The notes under the pieces are model-generated. The model did not search any database. It had not been told where the DNA came from and worked only from the letters and a program-made list of their open reading frames with translations. The position numbers and the translations under genes are program-made. A stretch of DNA of 64,000 nt from contig JANWWU010000042.1 of NCBI GenBank assembly GCA_025055595.1, positions 1,927 to 65,926 of the forward strand, given 5' to 3'. Source of the DNA: Planctomycetota bacterium (lineage in GTDB: Bacteria > Planctomycetota > UBA11346). Below are positions 59,174 to 64,000 of this stretch, piece by piece (positions within the stretch are counted from its first letter, which is position 1; every line of letters starts with the position of its first letter).

Positions 59174-60747
59174 CGGCGGGCGGCGAGCTCGCGGGCCTCG
59201 AGCTCGGCGTACTGCTGGGCGAGGCGCCGGTAGATCTCGGCGGTGTCGCGCCGCGGCGCGATCGGCGCGGCGAGCTGCGGCTCGACGACGCGGGCGACCA
59301 GCTCGTCCCAGCCCGGGCCGTTCGGCAGGGCCTGGGCGGCGCGCAGCGCCGCGCCGAGCGCCGCGGTGTTGGTCACCTGCGAGCGCCGCACCGGGCACTG
59401 GAAGACATCGGCGGCGACCTGCAGGATCGCCGCGTTCTGCGCGGCGCCGCCGGTCGCATGCAGGAGGGTCGGCTGCAGGCCCGCGGCTTCGGCGCGCAGC
59501 CGCATGCTGGTGAACTGGGCCTCGACGACGGCCCGGCAGTCGGCATCGGTGTCGCCGGGCGAGAGGTTGGCGCGCACGACGCCGGCGCGCAGCACCTTGG
59601 GCACGATCTCCGGACGGAACCACGGCAGCATCAGGCGCCCGGCGTTGCCCGGCGGCGTGCGGGCGAGCGCGGCGCTGAAGCCCGCCCAGTCGAGGTGATG
59701 GGCGTCGCGCACCGCCTCGCGCGCCAGCGAGCCGTTGGCGAAGCAGAACAGCGCCATGTAGGCCCCGGTCGGGCTGATGAACACGTGGCCGGCCGGCGGC
59801 ATGCTCGGTCGCCGGCTGCTGATCGCGAACAGCACATCGCTGGTGCCCAGCGAGATCGCGCAGTGGCCGTCGCGCACCAGGCCGAGGCCGATGCTGCTGG
59901 CCGGATTGTCGCCGGTCCAGGCGACGATGCGGCAGTCGCGGGCGAAGCCGTAGCGCGCGGCGAGCGCCGGCGCGATCGGACCGAGCACGGTCCAGGGCGC
60001 GATCGGCTCGCCGAGGCGCGGCGCGAGATCGGCGGCGCAGGCTGCGAGCGCCGGCGGATGCCACTGCTTGCGCTCGAGGTCCATCAGGTTCATCCCCGAG
60101 GCGTCGCCCCAGTCGGTGTCGGCGAGGCGCCCCGCAAGCAGCGAGGCGAGGAACGACGAGACGAGGCGGACATGCGCCGTCTGCGCCCAGACCTCCGGCT
60201 CGCAGCGCGCGCAGCGGCGGATCTGCGGGCCGGTGAAGCGCTCGTAGGCTGCGCTGCCGGTGATCCGCTGCGTCTCCGCCGGGCCGCCGAGCGCGGCATC
60301 GAGCGCGCGGCAGTCCTCGGCGGTGCTGCTGTCGAGCCACACCGGCGCCGTCGGCCGCGCGCAGACATCGGCGAGCTGCTCGACGAGCGGCCGCTCCGGG
60401 CGCAGGGCGGCGAGGCGCTCCGCGAAGCAGGCGCGCAGGTACACCGAGCCGTGCTGCTGCGCGCTGCCGGCGATCGCGGCGATGCGCGCGACGTCGACGC
60501 TGTCGCCGAGCGCGCCGAGCAGGCGGTCGAGCGCCTCGACCCACATCAGCGGCGGCGCGTGCACGATCGCGGGGTCGGGGTGCGGCAGCACGCCGTGCCG
60601 CGTCCCGTACTGCGGCAGATCGCGATCGTAGTTGAGCTGCCGCTGATGGACGACGGCGCCGCTGTCGATGTCGATGACGACGGCGGTCAGCGACTGCGTG
60701 GAAGCATCGAGGCCGAGCGCGAGCATTGCCGCTGTTGTGTCAGGCAT
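59170..60747 (-). CDS. xylB: Xylulokinase (FGGY carbohydrate kinase, eukaryote-like XK type)
   Basis: LGLDASTQSLTAVVID and NYDRDLPQYGTRHGV resemble the animal/fungal xylulokinase N-terminus. An FGGY C-terminal domain is present. The start may be the second ATG at 60726. Confidence 0.8.
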   Translation of the reverse strand: MPDTTAAMLALGLDASTQSLTAVVIDIDSGAVVHQRQLNYDRDLPQYGTRHGVLPHPDPAIVHAPPLMWVEALDRLLGALGDSVDVARIAAIAGSAQQHGSVYLRACFAERLAALRPERPLVEQLADVCARPTAPVWLDSSTAEDCRALDAALGGPAETQRITGSAAYERFTGPQIRRCARCEPEVWAQTAHVRLVSSFLASLLAGRLADTDWGDASGMNLMDLERKQWHPPALAACAADLAPRLGEPIAPWTVLGPIAPALAARYGFARDCRIVAWTGDNPASSIGLGLVRDGHCAISLGTSDVLFAISSRRPSMPPAGHVFISPTGAYMALFCFANGSLAREAVRDAHHLDWAGFSAALARTPPGNAGRLMLPWFRPEIVPKVLRAGVVRANLSPGDTDADCRAVVEAQFTSMRLRAEAAGLQPTLLHATGGAAQNAAILQVAADVFQCPVRRSQVTNTAALGAALRAAQALPNGPGWDELVARVVEPQLAAPIAPRRDTAEIYRRLAQQYAELEARELAARR

Positions 60748-60765
60748 GAGGCGCGCACAAGCGCC

Positions 60766-61635
60766 TTACGCGGGCGCGACGAGGAGGGAGGCGGTCCAGG
60801 CGCGCAGGAAGCCGGCGCGCTCGTAGAGCGCGATCGCCGGCCGGTTGTCGGCGAAGACCTCGAGGCCGATGCGCTGGTGGTTGAGCTTGGCCTCGGCGGC
60901 GAGGATGCCGGCGAGCAGCGCCCGCGACAGATGCCGGCCGCGGGCGGCGGGATCGATGCCGATCAGCTTCAGCCAGCTGCGCCGGCCGCCGGCCTGCACC
61001 GCGGCGGCGCCGACGACCTGACCGCCGTCGCGCAGCAGATAGTGGCGATAGCCCTCGTTCTCGCGCTGCACCAGGCTGACGCGGCAGTGGTCGCTGTCCG
61101 GGAAGCAGGCCTGCAGCACGCGCGCCACCGCCTCGAAGTCGTCGCGCGCCGCGACCTGCACCGGCCCGAGGTCGGCGTGGCGATGGCCGACGAGCTCGTG
61201 CTCGTAGCAGTGGAAGTCCTTCCAGGGCTGGAAGCCGGCAGCGAGCAGCCAGGCGCGCAGCGTGCGGTTGCGCTGGTCGACGGGGGCGCGCATCGAGGCG
61301 TAGTTGCCCTCGCGCAGGGCCTGGCGCACCTCCTGCACGAGCAGGGGCAGGACGCGCGGCTGTTCGCGGGGATCGGGGATCAGCGGTCCCCACAGCGTCA
61401 CCTGCTCCGCGCTGTAGGGGCAGACGGCGAGGACGCCGGCGATGCGCCGCCCGGAGAGCGCGATCAGCACGCCGAGGGTGGCCGCGAGGTCGCCGGCGCC
61501 GGGTTCGAGGCCCATCCGCGGCGGGATGCCGCACACGACATGCCCCGGTCCTGGGCCGGCGGCGGCGAACATGCTGAGCACGCGCGGCGCGAGGTCGGGA
61601 CGCTGGTCGAGGTCGACCAGGGCGTAGTCGGCCAT
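60766..61635 (-). CDS. Tandem GNAT-family N-acetyltransferase
   Basis: The 289-aa product has two acetyltransferase-like halves. The second carries the acetyl-CoA loop context IGIDPAARGRHLSRALL and ends in ALYERAGF. Confidence 0.75.
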   Translation of the reverse strand: MADYALVDLDQRPDLAPRVLSMFAAAGPGPGHVVCGIPPRMGLEPGAGDLAATLGVLIALSGRRIAGVLAVCPYSAEQVTLWGPLIPDPREQPRVLPLLVQEVRQALREGNYASMRAPVDQRNRTLRAWLLAAGFQPWKDFHCYEHELVGHRHADLGPVQVAARDDFEAVARVLQACFPDSDHCRVSLVQRENEGYRHYLLRDGGQVVGAAAVQAGGRRSWLKLIGIDPAARGRHLSRALLAGILAAEAKLNHQRIGLEVFADNRPAIALYERAGFLRAWTASLLVAPA

Positions 61636-61666
61636 GGCCGGCGATGATGCGCCGCTGTCGCGGTCC

Positions 61667-63241
61667 TCAAGCCCACTCGCGGTAGTCGAGCTCGGGGAAG
61701 ATCGGGTCGCGCCAGCCGATCTCGTGCAGGGTCTGCGGATCGAGGCGATCGTTGACGATCTGCTCGTAGAGGCCGGTGAAGCGGTTGATGTGGTCCTTGG
61801 TGCGGCGCACCGCGTAGGGCACGGTGGTGCCGGTGGTCATGATGAAGGCCCAGTCGGAGGCCTGCATCAGCAAGAGCTCGCGGCCCATCTGATTCAGCGC
61901 CGCGCGCAGCTCGCCGTCGGCGTGCGGGAAGCGGCGCGCGACCTCGATCATCCGCTCCTCGGCGGCATGCAGGTGGCGATAGATCCAGTCGTTGGTCGGG
62001 TTGAGCCACACGCCGTTGTAGCCGGCGTCGCCCCAGCTGCTGGCCGCCGGCTGCACGATCTGGTGGACGGGGAAGCGGTCGAGGTACTCGGAGCCGGTGA
62101 CCGGCTGCAGGCGCTGATGGAGGTGGCAGCAGCGGAAGACGCTCTCGAGGAACTGCGGGCCCTCGAACCACCAGTGGCCGAACAGCTCGCAGTCATAGGG
62201 GCTGACGATGAGGGGCGGCTTCTCGATGATCGAGCCGAGCCACTTCGCCTGCTCGACGCGGCAGAAGTGGAAGTGGCCCGCGTGGTCCATCGCCCGCGCA
62301 TGGGCCGGCACGGGGTCGTAGGGCTGCTTCTCGTGCAGCGGCACGCGCCCGGTGATGCGGTGGTACTTGAGGCCGAGGTTGCGCCGCACGCCGTCGGGAT
62401 GGAGGAAGGCCTTGACCCAGTTGTAGTCGCCGTCGTAGCCGAGGTCGCGGTAGAACTCGCGATACACGGGATCGCCGGGATAGCCGCACTCGCTCGACCA
62501 CACCGAGCGCGAGCTCTCGGGATCGCGGGCGAACACCGCGACGCCGCGCGGGGTGTAGGCCGGGGCGTAGACGCCGTAGCGCGGGCGCGGCTCGCCGAAG
62601 TACAGGCCGTGGGTGTCGACGAAGAAGTAGCGCAGCCCGGCCTCGGCGAGGAGGTCCTCGATCCCGGGGACGTAGCCGCACTCGGCGAGCCAGATGCCCT
62701 TCGGCTGCTCGCCGAAGTGCTTCTGGTAGTTGGCGCAGGCGACGCGCACCTGGGCGCGGCGCGCCTCTTCGGTCAGCATCAGCGGCAGGTAGCCGTGCGT
62801 CGCGGTGCAGGTGATCGGCTCGATGACGCCGGCATCGCGCAGCATCTTGATGTAGTTGAGCAGATTGCCGCCGAAGCGCTCCATCACCGAGAGGCAGAAG
62901 CGGAAGTGGTCGCGGTACATCACCGCTGCCGCGGCGTAGGGCGAATGCGCCTTGGCGCCGACTTCCAGCTCGGCGAGCTCGAGGATGCGCGCGATGCGCC
63001 GCCGGTAGCGCTCCTGCAGCAGGGGATCGGCGAGCATCTCGCACAGCGGCGGCGACACGGTCATCGTGATCCGCGCCGGGATGCCATCGCGGACCAGCCG
63101 CTCGAGGCGCCAGAGGATCGGAATGTAGCTCTCGGTGATCGCCTCCGTCAGCCACTGTTCTTCGATGAAGAACGGGTCCTCGGGATGGCGCACCCATGGC
63201 AGGTGGGCGTGGAGGAGGAGCAGGAGGTAGCCGTCGGGCAT
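61667..63241 (-). CDS. Glycoside hydrolase family 57 enzyme (probable 1,4-alpha-glucan branching enzyme)
   Basis: The N-terminus MPDGYLLLLLHAHLPWVRHPE leads to TCTATHGYLPLM and ELFGHWWFEGP, which are typical of GH57 branching enzymes. Confidence 0.88.
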   Translation of the reverse strand: MPDGYLLLLLHAHLPWVRHPEDPFFIEEQWLTEAITESYIPILWRLERLVRDGIPARITMTVSPPLCEMLADPLLQERYRRRIARILELAELEVGAKAHSPYAAAAVMYRDHFRFCLSVMERFGGNLLNYIKMLRDAGVIEPITCTATHGYLPLMLTEEARRAQVRVACANYQKHFGEQPKGIWLAECGYVPGIEDLLAEAGLRYFFVDTHGLYFGEPRPRYGVYAPAYTPRGVAVFARDPESSRSVWSSECGYPGDPVYREFYRDLGYDGDYNWVKAFLHPDGVRRNLGLKYHRITGRVPLHEKQPYDPVPAHARAMDHAGHFHFCRVEQAKWLGSIIEKPPLIVSPYDCELFGHWWFEGPQFLESVFRCCHLHQRLQPVTGSEYLDRFPVHQIVQPAASSWGDAGYNGVWLNPTNDWIYRHLHAAEERMIEVARRFPHADGELRAALNQMGRELLLMQASDWAFIMTTGTTVPYAVRRTKDHINRFTGLYEQIVNDRLDPQTLHEIGWRDPIFPELDYREWA

Positions 63242-63317
63242 GGGGGCCTAGCGGAAGTGAGATGGAGTAGCGTGCACGGGCCGCGGCCGACGCCAGACCT
63301 GCGGGGCGCACGCGGCC

Positions 63318-63989
63318 TCAGGCGCGCGGCGGCTTGGGCTTGCGCAGCTCGGGCGGCTTGGGTGCGCCGATGAAGGCGAGGGGATCGTGCGGCGGCGCCG
63401 GCACCGCGGCGTTCGGCGCTGGCGGCGGGGGCGGCGGCGCGGGCTCGCCGCTGGCTGCCGGCGGCGCTGGCGCTGGCGGCGGCTCAGCGACCGGCAGGCC
63501 CTCGGCCGCCTTGGGCAGGCCGGTCGGCGGCGCCTCGAACACGCCCTGCACGGGGTACTGCGCTTCCGCGGCCTCGACCTGGAAGGCGCCGCCGCCGCTG
63601 CCGACGCTGCGGCTCGACACCACGCGCGAGGAGAGCACGGCGCTGGAGAGGACGGCGCTCGAGACGCCGACGCCGACTGCCCAGCTGCTCAGGCCGACAC
63701 CGCTGGCCGAGGCATAGACCTCGGCGGCGCGTCGGGCCAGCTCGCCGCTGGACAGCGCCGCCGAGCTGAGCGGCGCGACCTGGGTCACCGCCAGGCTGCT
63801 TGGGGCCTGGACGAGCTCCTCGGGCACCGGTACCGCCGCGCCCTCGGCGGCCGCTTCCTCGAGCAGGCGCGCGCGCAGGCGGCGCGCGGCGCGGAAGCGC
63901 TGCCCGCTGCCCGCGCCCCAGCTGCTGCCGACCTCGCCGGGGCTGCCGGCGGTCGCCAAGAGATCGTCGAAGTGCTCGTCGACCTCCAT
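63318..63989 (-). CDS. Hypothetical low-complexity Ser/Ala/Pro-rich protein (the start may lie beyond the window end)
   Basis: The ORF is co-oriented with the GH57 gene and has a Pro-rich C-terminus. The reading frame stays open upstream of the ATG at 63989 to the window edge. Coding status is uncertain in this GC-rich DNA. Confidence 0.4.
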   Translation of the reverse strand: MEVDEHFDDLLATAGSPGEVGSSWGAGSGQRFRAARRLRARLLEEAAAEGAAVPVPEELVQAPSSLAVTQVAPLSSAALSSGELARRAAEVYASASGVGLSSWAVGVGVSSAVLSSAVLSSRVVSSRSVGSGGGAFQVEAAEAQYPVQGVFEAPPTGLPKAAEGLPVAEPPPAPAPPAASGEPAPPPPPPAPNAAVPAPPHDPLAFIGAPKPPELRKPKPPRA

Positions 63990-64000
63990 CCACGACTCGT

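Overview
This is a very GC-rich bacterial chromosomal window with a Gram-negative-type envelope gene set (kdsB, lgt, secretin). It is almost entirely core-genome and tightly packed. I cannot assign a phylum from sequence alone.

Gene content, in order:
- 3-prime part of a Hanks-type Ser/Thr kinase.
- One co-directional block: tRNA-Thr/Tyr/Gly/Thr, tuf, rpmG, tRNA-Trp, secE, nusG, rplKAJL, rpoBC, rpsL, rpsG. The rpsL start lies inside the end of rpoC, and no fusA follows rpsG.
- Two tandem hsp20 genes.
- A PAP2-phosphatase/GT-C glycosyltransferase fusion.
- Membrane H+-pyrophosphatase and a radical-SAM/SPASM protein.
- purE-purK and a FAD oxidoreductase.
- A receiver-domain/dnaK/groES unit, then htpG.
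- PPi-type phosphofructokinase, RNase Z and Xaa-Pro aminopeptidase.
- A four-gene secretin / PilM-PilN fusion / PilO-like / PilP-like cluster.
- gcvT, a hypothetical protein, glnD, lgt, lpdA, scpB, a glutamine amidotransferase, plsX, rpmF.
- A PAS-MCP chemoreceptor, kdsB-pyrG, purB.
- An SNF2-family helicase, xylulokinase, a tandem GNAT protein, a GH57 enzyme and a low-complexity protein running off the window end.

I found no CRISPR array, transposase, integrase, phage genes or rRNA. Most long ORFs in the six-frame track are antisense or out-of-frame artefacts of the GC bias.

I do not see a convincing, previously undescribed multi-gene system. The best leads are:
1. A recurring sigma-54-like -24/-12 element in front of all three chaperone transcription units.
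2. An orphan GspD/L/M/C-like (secretin plus alignment-complex) cluster with no ATPase, platform or pilin genes nearby.
3. Non-canonical residues in core translation proteins: S12 His at the Lys88 streptomycin hot spot, a divergent EF-Tu switch I, and an acidic N-terminal extension on S7.
4. A 9-bp-phased heptamer array in the purB/SNF2 divergent intergenic region.
5. The PAP2/GT-C fusion.

All calls rest on reading the sequence and the supplied translations. No searches or folding computations were run.
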